Shown: positions 27,933 to 37,940, numbered from the stretch's first letter. The stretch is DNA of 42,073 nucleotides from Erysipelotrichaceae bacterium (GCA_012744375.1 JAAYCD010000108.1:1-42073); one strand, 5' to 3'. Program-made: numbers and translations. The notes: a model not told the origin generated them from the sequence alone.

Positions 27933-28886
27933 ATGGGTGAGCACATTCCAGTCCTCTATAACGAGGTTATCGAAGGATTAAACATTAAGCCAGATGGCAT
28001 TTACGTCGACTTAACAGTCGGTCGTGGTGGCCATAGCTCTGGCATATTGACAAAACTAACCACCGGTCGACTCATCGCTGTAGATCAAGACTTAGATGCA
28101 ATCGAAGCTTCAAAAGTCAGATTAGCCAAAATTTCAAACAACTTTGTTGTTAGACGGGCTAACTTCTCAAAGATTGAGGATATACTCGAAGAAGAAAACG
28201 CTGAAGAAGTGGATGGCATCTTAATGGACTTAGGAGTATCTTCTCCCCAGTTCGATGAAGGTGAACGCGGCTTCTCATATCGCGAAGACGCAACGCTCGA
28301 CATGCGGATGGATCAAAGAAATCCTTTAACCGCTTATCAAATTATCAATTCTTATTCTTTACAAGAATTAACCCAAATATTTAAGAATTATGGCGAAGAA
28401 AAATTTGCATATTCTATCGCCAAAAACATCATCAAAAGCCGCGAGGTTACTCCAATTGAAACGACCTACCAATTAGTAGAAATTATCAAAATGAGTAAAC
28501 CGATGAAAGAACTCAATAAAAAAGGACACCCAGCTAAACAAGTGTTCCAGGCATTAAGAATCGCGGTCAACGACGAACTAAATGTTCTAGAAACAACCTT
28601 AACCCGAGCATTAAGACACTTAAAGCCCGGTGGAAGACTAGCAGTCATTACCTTCCATAGTGGTGAAGATAGAATAGTCAAAAATATCTTCAAAGACGCT
28701 TCGGTTGTAGTAGGTAACCGATTCGATGGCCCAAATGTTCCTACTGAAAAGCCATACATACTCATTAATAATAAGCCGATTGTCGCTTCAAAAGCGGAAT
28801 TAGAAAGTAATCACCGCGCTGCAAGCGCTAAGCTTCGGATCATTGCCAGAAAGAAAGGGGATACTAATTATGGTCATGAAAGATAA
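27933..28886 (+). CDS. rsmH: 16S rRNA m4C1402 methyltransferase
   Basis: HIPVL, D.T.G.GGHS, DLGVSSPQFD, LDMRMD, FQALRIAVN, ITFHSGED motifs; start ATG 27933. Confidence 0.97.
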   Translation: MGEHIPVLYNEVIEGLNIKPDGIYVDLTVGRGGHSSGILTKLTTGRLIAVDQDLDAIEASKVRLAKISNNFVVRRANFSKIEDILEEENAEEVDGILMDLGVSSPQFDEGERGFSYREDATLDMRMDQRNPLTAYQIINSYSLQELTQIFKNYGEEKFAYSIAKNIIKSREVTPIETTYQLVEIIKMSKPMKELNKKGHPAKQVFQALRIAVNDELNVLETTLTRALRHLKPGGRLAVITFHSGEDRIVKNIFKDASVVVGNRFDGPNVPTEKPYILINNKPIVASKAELESNHRAASAKLRIIARKKGDTNYGHER

Positions 28887-29085
28887 GTTAGTCAAAAACC
28901 ATCATCATCGTTTATACTACCGTTTTCGCAAATTAGGTATTTTAACTCTTGCCCTTATTTCATTTGGAACTATCGTTGCTGTTCCAACCTATATCACTGT
29001 CCGCGAGATTGAAAACCAAACTCAACATGCTGAAACTAATCGCGTTCAAGAAGATTTGTTAGCAGTTGAAGACGTGAATTTTTAA
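28870..29085 (+). CDS. Small bitopic membrane protein in the ftsL position (71 aa)
   Basis: SD AAGGGG; overlaps the rsmH end; basic N-terminus, one hydrophobic helix, short polar C-terminus. The FtsL link is positional only. Confidence 0.7.
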   Translation: MVMKDKLVKNHHHRLYYRFRKLGILTLALISFGTIVAVPTYITVREIENQTQHAETNRVQEDLLAVEDVNF

Positions 29086-29134
29086 GCCTGTTAATAAATT
29101 TAATACGCTAAAAATCAAGGTTGTATCAATATAG

Positions 29135-29164
29135 AGACGATTTGTTCATGCTGTCGTCTTTTTT
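29135..29164 (+). terminator. Probable intrinsic terminator after mraZ-rsmH-ORF
   Basis: AGACGAT…GTCGTCT stem followed by TTTTT. Confidence 0.55.
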
Positions 29165-29305
29165 AATTTATAGTCATTAAATAGTAATAAAATGGTAAAC
29201 AATTAGTATATTTTCCGATATTTTCCTGTTAAATTGCTTAACTAATAGTTAATTGTTGTTATCTAACAAAAAGTTATTTACAATAAAGTAAAATTGGTAA
29301 TAAAT

Positions 29306-30511
29306 ATGGAAAAACCTATCGCAGCGATTGAACTCGGTTCAAAAAAGTTAAAGTTAGTTGTTGGCTATGAATTAGATGGTCAAGTTTATGTTATTTATAC
29401 ATTAGTCAAACCGTACGGCCAATGTATCGATGCCGGAGTATTTAGCGATGAAAGCAAAATTAGTGCGACCATCGCAAGCATACGCGAATTTACCGATCCA
29501 TTAGCTAAACTGCGCATCAACATTTCTGATGTGCTTTTATGTTTACCGCCTTATAACCTCGGTATTTATCAAACTAGACAAGTCACTACCGTCGTAACCG
29601 AAGATTCGAAAATCTCACCACTAGATATCAAAAACATATATGCATTAATTCGCAATAGTGCCTATCCACTAAACGAAAAAGCCTTAGTTGATGTTGTCCC
29701 TGAGTCATTCACACTTGATCATGGACGCATTTTTGCACGCGCTCCAATGGGAGAATCTTCTTCTACTTTAACCGTAAGCGCCAAAGTGCAAACCTTACCA
29801 AAAGCTTTGGTTGATAGTTATCAAAACGTTTTACTCAATGGTGGAGTGGTTTCGCGGCGCTTTGTTGTTGCCCCTTTAGCAGCTGTTGAACTAATTTCCT
29901 CTTACGATAATATGCCACACTCCTATATTCTTGTTGACATCGGTTCAAATATTACCACGGTCTCATTTATTGGAAATGGGGCATTATATGGTTCAACCTA
30001 TTTTTCTTGGGGAAGTGACCACATAACAGAAAGAATTATTGAAAAATTCAACATTAATGAAGCTGATGCTGAAAAATATAAAATGATGTACGGCATAGAT
30101 AATCGTGTCATGAACTTCAAGGTGCCTATTTGTAGTGTCGATGATGGTGCTGGTCGCGAAATAAAACATTTTAACAACGAACTTAACGCAATTATTAAAA
30201 GCGAACTCGACATATTCGTAAAAAACATTAATCAAGCAGTGGACTCCATTGTTTTACAACATGATAAATCATATCGCTCCTTCCCGATGTTACTCATTGG
30301 TGGGGGTGCAGAACTTAACGGTTTAGAAGCTTATTTAGCTCCAAAAGTATTAAGCGAAAGTGTTCAAGTCATTAGACCGAAAAACTTAGGAGCTAGAAAT
30401 GGTACATTTTTCAATTGTTTAGGTATGCTGTTAGCAAATGCTAAATATCTCAATGTCAATGATGAATCCCATACAAAGGCGGGTAATTTGACTCGCAATC
30501 CAGGGAAATAA
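29306..30511 (+). CDS. ftsA: Cell division protein FtsA (divergent)
   Basis: Actin-fold motifs AIELGSKK, LVDIGSNIT, AEKYK..YG, IGGGAEL.G; directly upstream of ftsZ. Start is ATG 29306 or TTG 29294. Confidence 0.88.
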   Translation: MEKPIAAIELGSKKLKLVVGYELDGQVYVIYTLVKPYGQCIDAGVFSDESKISATIASIREFTDPLAKLRINISDVLLCLPPYNLGIYQTRQVTTVVTEDSKISPLDIKNIYALIRNSAYPLNEKALVDVVPESFTLDHGRIFARAPMGESSSTLTVSAKVQTLPKALVDSYQNVLLNGGVVSRRFVVAPLAAVELISSYDNMPHSYILVDIGSNITTVSFIGNGALYGSTYFSWGSDHITERIIEKFNINEADAEKYKMMYGIDNRVMNFKVPICSVDDGAGREIKHFNNELNAIIKSELDIFVKNINQAVDSIVLQHDKSYRSFPMLLIGGGAELNGLEAYLAPKVLSESVQVIRPKNLGARNGTFFNCLGMLLANAKYLNVNDESHTKAGNLTRNPGK

Positions 30512-30523
30512 GGAGACAAGTTT

Positions 30524-31633
30524 ATGCAAAATTACGATTTAGATAATTTTGAACCCGCAGCCAAGATAGTCGTCATCGGCGTCGGTGGTGCTGGCAATAA
30601 TGCCGTTAACCGCATGATTGATGAAGAAATCGCTAATGTTGATTTCTGGGTGGCAAACACTGATAAACAAGCGCTTTCGACGAGCAAATCACCAAATCGT
30701 TTGATCTTAGGTCAAGACATTACTGGTGGTTTAGGTGCTGGAGGAGAACCAGAAATCGGTGAAAAAGCTGCTGAAGCTAGCGCCGAAGACATCAAGCAAA
30801 TCGTCAAAGATGCGAACATGGTTTTTGTCGCAGCTGGTATGGGTGGAGGCACTGGTACTGGCGCAGCGCCAGTCGTAGCTAGAATCGCCAAAGATTCAGG
30901 TGCTTTAGTCATCGCCATTGTCACTCGTCCTTTTACTTTTGAAGGCAAGAAAAGAGTCGTTAATTCGATTTCTGGCTTAAATAGGCTTAGAGAAAATGTT
31001 GATTCAATTATCGTTGTTAGTAATGATAAGTTACTAATGACTGCTGGAAATTCTGCAATTTCTTCGGCATTTAATGAATCTGATAAAGTGTTGGCACAAT
31101 CCGTTAAAACCGTTGTTAATTTAATTTTATTACCTGCTGTTATTAATCTAGATTTTGCTGATGTTCGTAATACACTCAAAAACTCTGGCGTGGCGATGAT
31201 TGGTTTTGGTGTCGGTAATGGTCCTAATCGTGCTAAAGAAGCCGCCACAGCCGCTTTAAATTCTCCATTACTTGAAACGTCTATTTCTGGAGCAAGACGT
31301 GCGATTGTCGCGGTGACATGTGGTAGAAATGTTTCACTATTTGATGCTCAAGATACTGTTAACTTATTAATTAATGCTTCAGGTCATGATGTTGATGTCA
31401 AGTTTGGCGTAGCCATTAATGATCAACTCAATGATGAAATCTTAGTCAGTGTTATCGCTAGTGACTTTGAAGATGAAATTGATTTCACACAACCAACAAC
31501 CTATACTTCTCCTAATCGTAATACGGTTGAACCTCCAGTACTTACTCCTGTTTTACAATCTGAAGACGATGATGGTGAAGGGATTGATAATATCGATAAA
31601 ACCTCGATTTTACCTGGTTTCTTAAAAGACTAA
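30524..31633 (+). CDS. ftsZ: Cell division protein FtsZ
   Basis: GVGGAGNNAV, NTDKQAL, GMGGGTGTG, PFTFEG, INLDFADV, C-terminal ILPGFLK; SD AGGAG. Confidence 0.99.
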   Translation: MQNYDLDNFEPAAKIVVIGVGGAGNNAVNRMIDEEIANVDFWVANTDKQALSTSKSPNRLILGQDITGGLGAGGEPEIGEKAAEASAEDIKQIVKDANMVFVAAGMGGGTGTGAAPVVARIAKDSGALVIAIVTRPFTFEGKKRVVNSISGLNRLRENVDSIIVVSNDKLLMTAGNSAISSAFNESDKVLAQSVKTVVNLILLPAVINLDFADVRNTLKNSGVAMIGFGVGNGPNRAKEAATAALNSPLLETSISGARRAIVAVTCGRNVSLFDAQDTVNLLINASGHDVDVKFGVAINDQLNDEILVSVIASDFEDEIDFTQPTTYTSPNRNTVEPPVLTPVLQSEDDDGEGIDNIDKTSILPGFLKD

Positions 31634-33439
31634 ATGAAAAAAATTGTTTTATCCGTAATTTGTGTATTGACCTTAACCGCCTGTAATTTTGGTGGCCTTT
31701 TTCCACATTCTAGTTCCACTAATGACTATAGTTATTCTAACGTCATTCCGAGTAGTTCAAACGGCATAAGTTCTTCTGAATCCTCTTCTTCGAACATACC
31801 TTCTTCTAATTCTAGTAGTTCTTCTAATGTAATAGATAAAGAGCCTTATAACGGTTACTACGTTTCTTTAACTAGCTGGACTAATGGTGAGGACCTAAAA
31901 AATAAACTTTATTCCATCATGCGTGATGGGTATAAACCTTTGAGTTATGGTGGTAATACCACCAATTGGCAATCTAACACAAAAGCTGACCACACAAAAT
32001 ACGATTTTGAATATTTAGATATCGTTTATAGTAACATTGATATATATTATTCTGAAACACAAAAAAGCTGGCAAAGAGAACACGCTTTTTGTGCTTCTTT
32101 AATGACTGGTAGTCCAACTAGTGAAGCAATCAAATATAAAGGACGTGCAACTGATTTTCATAATTTATTTGCTGCGCAATCTTCTGCTAATGGTTCTAGA
32201 CACAATAAAAACTATGGTACTGCAGATTCAACTAAAGTTGGTTATATAGATAGAACGATAGATAATGGTTTTGATGGCTATAGCTATGATGCCGTTAATT
32301 TTGAACCAGGTGATAAAGATAAGGGTCGCTTAGCTCGTGCACTTTTCTATATGGCAACGATGTATAAGGATGATGAGCTTGATACTGCAAACAACATTAC
32401 CATGAAAGGTTTAAGGTTATTAGAAGAAGCGGTCGAATATATTCCAGGTAATGCTGGAAACTTTGCGATTGGCAACTTATCAACGCTATTATTGTGGAAT
32501 AAAAACTTCGGTGTTGATTATTTAGAAATGCAACACAATATTTCCGTCTATCAAGATGTCATCTCGATCGATGGTTTTGCTCAAGGTAATCGTAATCCAT
32601 ATGTCGATTTCCCTGAATTAGCCGACTACGTTTATGGCGAGAAGAAAAATGATGCCGGAAGCTTAAAAGACCTAACTCCAAGTGAACGTTTGTTAGGTTC
32701 TGACGAACATGTGTTTTCGCATTATGCTCTTAAAAGCGCTAGACGTGAACATCAATTAGGTGAAACCTTAGCGCCTTCAGATTACGAAGTAGTTAAAGTT
32801 TATCAAGACTATACCTATGAACCAGTGACGACTGGGATTACCCATTCTTTAGCCGGCCACACTTTTAGTGCGGCTGATGGCGATAGCCTCGAAGCAACCA
32901 TTTCAATTGCATCACAAACATTTAAATATACAATCGTTCTTAACCCCATGGCTTCAACGGCCAGCGGTCCTATACATTTAAGTCATAAAACAGGTGATTT
33001 CGACATACTAAAATCTGGACAAGATCAAAATGTTTCTTATGGAAATTATAATTTCGTGTTGAACTTTACCACGAGTGGCAATGGATTAACACAAGGTTTA
33101 CATGTTCAAAATATTAGTACTAATGGTCCTGGTATTACCTTTGGTAGTGGGTCACGGCCACTCAACTCTTTAACGCTAACAACAGTAGCTAGTTTCACTA
33201 ATATCGATGCTGCATATATAAAAGCCGCAGCAGGTAATAGTGGAAGCAGCTATGAATTAACGATAAAGGTAAATGATGAAATTGTTTTAACTGGTGGACC
33301 GATTAATAATAGTGATGGCGTCTTCCGCTTGCATGGCGGAAACTTTGCTACTCCAAAAACCGGACAAATTAGTTTTATCTTTACAGGTACTAATGGTCTT
33401 AGACTCAATTCTATTGCTTTTAATTATATTAACGTTTAA
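31634..33439 (+). CDS. Predicted lipoprotein nuclease, endonuclease I / Bsn (His-Me finger) family, with extra C-terminal beta-rich domains
   Basis: Signal peptide with lipobox LTA-C, Ser-rich linker, then WQREH, TDFHNL, NGSR.NK, DKGRLARALFYM, QGNRNPYVD.PE motifs. Confidence 0.85.
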   Translation: MKKIVLSVICVLTLTACNFGGLFPHSSSTNDYSYSNVIPSSSNGISSSESSSSNIPSSNSSSSSNVIDKEPYNGYYVSLTSWTNGEDLKNKLYSIMRDGYKPLSYGGNTTNWQSNTKADHTKYDFEYLDIVYSNIDIYYSETQKSWQREHAFCASLMTGSPTSEAIKYKGRATDFHNLFAAQSSANGSRHNKNYGTADSTKVGYIDRTIDNGFDGYSYDAVNFEPGDKDKGRLARALFYMATMYKDDELDTANNITMKGLRLLEEAVEYIPGNAGNFAIGNLSTLLLWNKNFGVDYLEMQHNISVYQDVISIDGFAQGNRNPYVDFPELADYVYGEKKNDAGSLKDLTPSERLLGSDEHVFSHYALKSARREHQLGETLAPSDYEVVKVYQDYTYEPVTTGITHSLAGHTFSAADGDSLEATISIASQTFKYTIVLNPMASTASGPIHLSHKTGDFDILKSGQDQNVSYGNYNFVLNFTTSGNGLTQGLHVQNISTNGPGITFGSGSRPLNSLTLTTVASFTNIDAAYIKAAAGNSGSSYELTIKVNDEIVLTGGPINNSDGVFRLHGGNFATPKTGQISFIFTGTNGLRLNSIAFNYINV

Positions 33440-33442
33440 AAT
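33414..33442 (+). promoter_or_regulatory. Promoter of T-box-ileS, overlapping the nuclease stop codon
   Basis: TTGCTT (33414-33419), 17-nt spacer, TAAAAT (33437-33442), just before the T-box leader. Confidence 0.6.
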
Positions 33443-33449
33443 TAACTTT

Positions 33450-33672
33450 GCCTAGAAGACACGTCTTTAAGAATACTAACTTGAGCGAATTTGGGACGGT
33501 GGAAGCCAAATAGTATAGGTCTTAAAGGTATCACTTCTTTGTATGATTTCTGAACTAATAGTAAGAATCCGTTACTTCAACGAAATGAAGCAAAATGAGT
33601 GCTAGGAAGATCATCTTTCTAGAACTAAGGTGGTACCGCGCTAATAGCGTCCTTAGAAATGGACGCTTTTAT
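33450..33672 (+). ncRNA. Ile T-box riboswitch
   Basis: Stem I with GGTGGAA loop motif and specifier ATC (33530-33532); T-box AAGGTGGTACCGCG (33627-33640); terminator AGCGTCC-ttagaaat-GGACGCT-TTT (33646-33670). Confidence 0.93.
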
Positions 33673-33690
33673 ATTGAAAAGGAGTCAAAT

Positions 33691-36426
33691 ATGGATTACA
33701 AAGACACTTTATTAATGAACAAATCGAATTTCGAAATGCGGGGTAATTTAAATCTTAAAGAGCCTATTTTAGTCAAGAAATGGGAAGAAGAAAAGCTTTA
33801 TGAAAAGATGAATTTAAATCGCAAAGACGCAAAAGAGTTTGTGCTACACGATGGCCCGCCTTATGCTAATGGCGATATGCACTGCGGTCATATGCTTAAC
33901 CGCATTTTAAAAGATATTGTTGTTAGATATAAAAATATGCAGGGGTTTAGAACTCCCTTTGTATTTGGTTGGGACACCCACGGTTTACCAATTGAAAATA
34001 TGCTCACGAAAAGCGGAATAGACCGTAAAAGTATGTCTTTGGCCGCTTTTAGAGCAAAATGTGAGCAATATGCCTTGGGTCAAGTCGAAAGACAAAAAGA
34101 ACAAATTAAACGTTTGGGATTAGTCGGTGATTTTGTTCATCCTTATTTAACTTTACAAAAAGAATATGAAGCAGCACAAATTGAAGTATTTGCGGCGATG
34201 GCTTTAAAGGGTTTGATTTATAAAGGTTTAAAGCCAGTTTATTGGTCACCAAGCAGTGAATCCGCTTTAGCGGAAGCAGAAATTGAATACGCTGACGTTG
34301 AGTCACATTCTATTTATGTAGCCTTTAAGGTGAAAGATGGAAAAGGGATCATTGATAACGATGCTAGACTGATCATTTGGACAACTACTCCTTGGACACT
34401 CCCTGCTAACTTAGCGATTTCTGCGCACCCTGATTTTGTCTATGGCGAATACGAAACAAACTTTGGCAAACTCGTCTTCTTACAAGAATTTGCTGAAAAA
34501 CTCACTGAAGAACTAGGTTTAGGCATCATAAAATTAATCAAAACATTCAAAGGACAAGATTTAGAATTTGTCGTTTGCACTCATCCGTTTTACGATCGCG
34601 ATAGTCTAGTCATTAATGGCACACACGTGACTAACGAAGCTGGGACTGGCCTAGTCCATACTGCTCCAGGCCATGGTATTGAGGATTACCAAGTATGCTT
34701 AAAATATTCTAATAGAGGTCTAGAACCATATTGTCCTGTCGATGAACACGGTAAATTTTTACCTGAAGCAGGCGAAAGACTAGCGGGTATTTTTTATGAA
34801 AAAGCTAACGACGTCGTTTTAGAAATGTTACAAGAAAATCATGCATTATTAAAACATAGCAAATTCGTTCATAGCTATCCACATGACTGGAGAACAAAAA
34901 AACCATTAATTTTTAGAGCCACAAAACAATGGTTTTGCTCGATTGAACCAATTAGAGAACAGTTATTAGAGCAAATTCATCATATAAAATGGCATCCTGC
35001 TTGGGGCGAAACCCGCATGGTTAATATGATAAAAGACCGCGCTGATTGGTGTATTTCTCGTCAAAGAGCATGGGGTGTACCAATTCCAATTTTTTATGCC
35101 GAAGATGAAACGCCGATTATTGACGAAGTTGTCTTTAATCACGTAGCGAAATTGTTTAAAGAGTATGGCAGTAACATTTGGTATGAAAAAGAAGCGAAAG
35201 AACTTTTGCCACCAGGTTACGTTAATTCACATTCTCCTAACGAAATATTCACTAAAGAAAAAGACATCATGGATGTTTGGTTTGATAGTGGTTCTTCTTG
35301 GCAAGTACTTAAAAAGCGTGGCTTTGCTTTTCCTAGTGACTTGTATTTAGAAGGCAGTGACCAGTATCGCGGTTGGTTTAATTCTTCGTTAATTTTAAGT
35401 GCCGCTACCCAAGGCGAAGCTTCATTTAAGAATGTGGTCAGCCATGGTTGGGTGTTAGATGAAAAAGGCGAACAAATGCATAAATCTAAAGGTAATGGTG
35501 TTGATCCGACTAAAATTGCTAACGTTTATGGAGCAGATATTCTTAGACTTTGGGTGGCAAGTGTTGATTATCAACAAGATGTGAGAATTGGCGAAAACTT
35601 AATTAAGCAAGTCGCCGATCAATATCGCAAAATACGTAATACCTTAAAATTTATTTCTTGGAACTTAGCCGATTATGACGTTAATGACCAAGAAAACATC
35701 ACTTCGCGTGTTGACTTATATATTTTAGAAAAACTTAACGCTTTAATTAAGGAAGTAGTGACTTCGTTTGACGATTACGATTTTTCTAATGCAATTGGCC
35801 AAATCATGACTTTTATGTCAACAGATTTATCTAGTTTTTATCTAGACATTAATAAAGATGTTTTGTATTGTGAGGCGAAAAAATCTATTAGAAGAAGACA
35901 AGTACAAACTGTTTTATTTAAGGTTGGCGAAACGTTACTCGCTTTACTAAATCCAATTATTCCTTTTACGATGGACGAATTTAATGTCAATATGCCAGGG
36001 ATTAGAAAAGAAAATGCGCAATTTTTAAATTATCCAAATTATCGAGAAGTTAACGAAGAAGTGTTACAGGAATATGAACAGTTTAAACTTCTTAGAGATG
36101 ATGTTTTAAAAGCACTAGAAGAAGCACGTGTTAACAAAATAATTGGTTCTGCCCAAGAAGCACTTGTCTTAATTCAGTTTACTAACGATAAGTTAAAAAC
36201 TTTATTTAATTCGTATGACTTGACATTAAGAAACCAACTCTTTGTTGTTTCACAAATTAAAGAAAGTGATAATGAAGGGGTAGTCTATAAAAATGCAAAA
36301 ATTCAAATTTTACATCATCAGGGCCATTTCTGTGAAAGATGTTGGAACTACGAAGATGAAGCAGTGAAACAAGCAGATGATTCTTACTTATGCCGTCGCT
36401 GCCATGAGGTTATACATCATGAATAA
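33691..36426 (+). CDS. ileS: Isoleucine--tRNA ligase, bacterial type 1 (911 aa)
   Basis: [60 protein letters not shown]-terminal CERCW…CRRC. Start ATG 33691 after SD AAGGAG; the upstream ORF extension is T-box sequence. Confidence 0.98.
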   Translation: MDYKDTLLMNKSNFEMRGNLNLKEPILVKKWEEEKLYEKMNLNRKDAKEFVLHDGPPYANGDMHCGHMLNRILKDIVVRYKNMQGFRTPFVFGWDTHGLPIENMLTKSGIDRKSMSLAAFRAKCEQYALGQVERQKEQIKRLGLVGDFVHPYLTLQKEYEAAQIEVFAAMALKGLIYKGLKPVYWSPSSESALAEAEIEYADVESHSIYVAFKVKDGKGIIDNDARLIIWTTTPWTLPANLAISAHPDFVYGEYETNFGKLVFLQEFAEKLTEELGLGIIKLIKTFKGQDLEFVVCTHPFYDRDSLVINGTHVTNEAGTGLVHTAPGHGIEDYQVCLKYSNRGLEPYCPVDEHGKFLPEAGERLAGIFYEKANDVVLEMLQENHALLKHSKFVHSYPHDWRTKKPLIFRATKQWFCSIEPIREQLLEQIHHIKWHPAWGETRMVNMIKDRADWCISRQRAWGVPIPIFYAEDETPIIDEVVFNHVAKLFKEYGSNIWYEKEAKELLPPGYVNSHSPNEIFTKEKDIMDVWFDSGSSWQVLKKRGFAFPSDLYLEGSDQYRGWFNSSLILSAATQGEASFKNVVSHGWVLDEKGEQMHKSKGNGVDPTKIANVYGADILRLWVASVDYQQDVRIGENLIKQVADQYRKIRNTLKFISWNLADYDVNDQENITSRVDLYILEKLNALIKEVVTSFDDYDFSNAIGQIMTFMSTDLSSFYLDINKDVLYCEAKKSIRRRQVQTVLFKVGETLLALLNPIIPFTMDEFNVNMPGIRKENAQFLNYPNYREVNEEVLQEYEQFKLLRDDVLKALEEARVNKIIGSAQEALVLIQFTNDKLKTLFNSYDLTLRNQLFVVSQIKESDNEGVVYKNAKIQILHHQGHFCERCWNYEDEAVKQADDSYLCRRCHEVIHHE

Positions 36427-37033
36427 AGAGAAGATGAAGTGTTATTTAAAAATGTTCTTTCGGTCTTTTGTTTGGCTTTTTATCTTGCTTTTAACGCTTG
36501 ACATCATTACCAAGCAACTAATTTTAGCAAGTGGGGCAAATCCCGGAACAGTGATTATGGACTGGGGTATTGTGCGCATCAGTTTTGTCTTAAATTATAA
36601 TGCTGCTTTCGGTTTAGGTTTTGCGGATAAGCTTGCTTCTCGAGTTACTTATTTAATTAGTGCTTCAATCATGTCGTTTGGCATTATTTCTTTCCTAATA
36701 ATTAAAAGAAAATCGACAAATTTACTCATTAGGGCTGCTTTTGTTTTAGTGATAACTGGGGCAATAGGCAATATGATTGATCGGACATTTTATGGACCTG
36801 AATACGCGGTCGTTGATTGGATTGACTTTTATTGGTTTTGGCCATTTGTCTTTAATATTGCTGATTGTTGTATTGTTATCGGCGCTGGTATTTTAATTGG
36901 ATTTACTTTGATATTAGAGGTTAAAGAAATGATAAAAAATCGCCAAGAAAAAGTTCATGAAGGTAAGGTTATTTCTAATACCGAAAAAGAACGTTTAGCC
37001 GAGCAAGATAAAACCGAAAAGAAAGATACTTAA
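36419..37033 (+). CDS. lspA: Lipoprotein signal peptidase II
   Basis: [29 protein letters not shown] motifs; ATG 36419 overlaps the ileS stop, after GAGGT. Confidence 0.95.
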   Translation: MNKEKMKCYLKMFFRSFVWLFILLLTLDIITKQLILASGANPGTVIMDWGIVRISFVLNYNAAFGLGFADKLASRVTYLISASIMSFGIISFLIIKRKSTNLLIRAAFVLVITGAIGNMIDRTFYGPEYAVVDWIDFYWFWPFVFNIADCCIVIGAGILIGFTLILEVKEMIKNRQEKVHEGKVISNTEKERLAEQDKTEKKDT

Positions 37034-37034
37034 T

Positions 37035-37940
37035 ATGGAAAAAATCGCTGTAACATTTAGACAAAACGGATTAAGACTTGATAAAGCATTAAGTGAACTT
37101 AAGCCTGACTTTTCGCGTTCTTATGTCGCTAAACTATTAGAGGAAGGCAAAGTTTTGCTTAACGACAAAAACGAAAAACCAGCTTGTAAAGTTAAAGCTG
37201 GTGATGTGATTACCATTACTGAAATTATTGATACTAAAAGCGATATCAAGGAAGAAGATATACCGTTAGATATCATTTATGAAGATGATGACATCATGAT
37301 AATAAATAAACCGCAAGGCATGGTTGTCCATCCAGCTAATGGCCATTATTCTGGCACATTAGTTAACGCTTTAATGTTTCAAGAAGATAGCCTTTCTTCA
37401 ATCAATGGTGTCATTCGTCCAGGTATTGTCCACCGCATCGATAAAGATACTTCTGGCTTACTTTGTGTTGCAAAAAACGATAAAGCACATCACTTTTTAG
37501 CTGAGCAACTTCAAAATCACACCATGGCTAGAGAATATATCGCTTTAGTTCGTGGTGTCATCAAAGAAAATAGTGGGATGATTGATATGCCAATTGGTCG
37601 AGACCCAAAATCACGTCAAAAAATGGCGGCAGTAAAAGATGGAAAGCCGGCAATTACTAATTTTTTAGTAATGAGAAGATTTAAAACCCACACTTTGGTC
37701 AAGTGCCAATTAGTGTCTGGCCGCACCCACCAAATCCGTGTGCACCTAAGTTGTATTGGTTATCCAGTGGAAGGCGATCCTCTTTATGCTGGTAAAAATT
37801 TCGATAAACTTTATAAAGGTGGGCAATTATTAACCGCTTTTAAATTAAGACTCATTCATCCAGCCACAAAAAAAGAAATGGAATTTGAAATTCCATTACC
37901 TAAATATTTTGATGAAGTGTTTGCTCAACTAGAAGAATAA
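37035..37940 (+). CDS. rluD: RluA/RluD family 23S rRNA pseudouridine synthase
   Basis: S4 domain (RLDK…SRS), NKPQGMVVHP, HRIDKDTSG, GRTHQIRVH; follows lspA. Confidence 0.92.
   Translation: MEKIAVTFRQNGLRLDKALSELKPDFSRSYVAKLLEEGKVLLNDKNEKPACKVKAGDVITITEIIDTKSDIKEEDIPLDIIYEDDDIMIINKPQGMVVHPANGHYSGTLVNALMFQEDSLSSINGVIRPGIVHRIDKDTSGLLCVAKNDKAHHFLAEQLQNHTMAREYIALVRGVIKENSGMIDMPIGRDPKSRQKMAAVKDGKPAITNFLVMRRFKTHTLVKCQLVSGRTHQIRVHLSCIGYPVEGDPLYAGKNFDKLYKGGQLLTAFKLRLIHPATKKEMEFEIPLPKYFDEVFAQLEE

Noticed and set aside
30712-31248. 178-aa antisense ORF inside ftsZ, and similar shadow ORFs in pfkA, pheT, mutS2, yceD and rsmH
   Set aside because: They are in-register antisense or alternative-frame shadows of conserved genes, with no SD or recognisable motifs.
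31705-31830. TCT/AGT-rich low-complexity tract as a DNA repeat element
   Set aside because: Explained by the Ser-rich lipoprotein linker; synonymous codons vary and there is no exact repeat unit.
33595-33690. N-terminal extension of IleRS in the ORF track (similar extensions on polA, thrS, nrnA, rsmH, lspA)
   Set aside because: The extensions overlap the T-box or upstream genes; downstream ATGs match the family N-termini, and most have a good SD or stop-start coupling.
20080-36790. Sense-codon reassignment (AGG->Met or CGG->Trp), as reported for some uncultured Bacilli
   Set aside because: CGG sits at conserved Arg positions (RsmH LDMRMD, IleRS FEMRGNL, LspA GNMIDR) and AGG at the conserved Arg of GlgP HAYKRQ, so both read as Arg.
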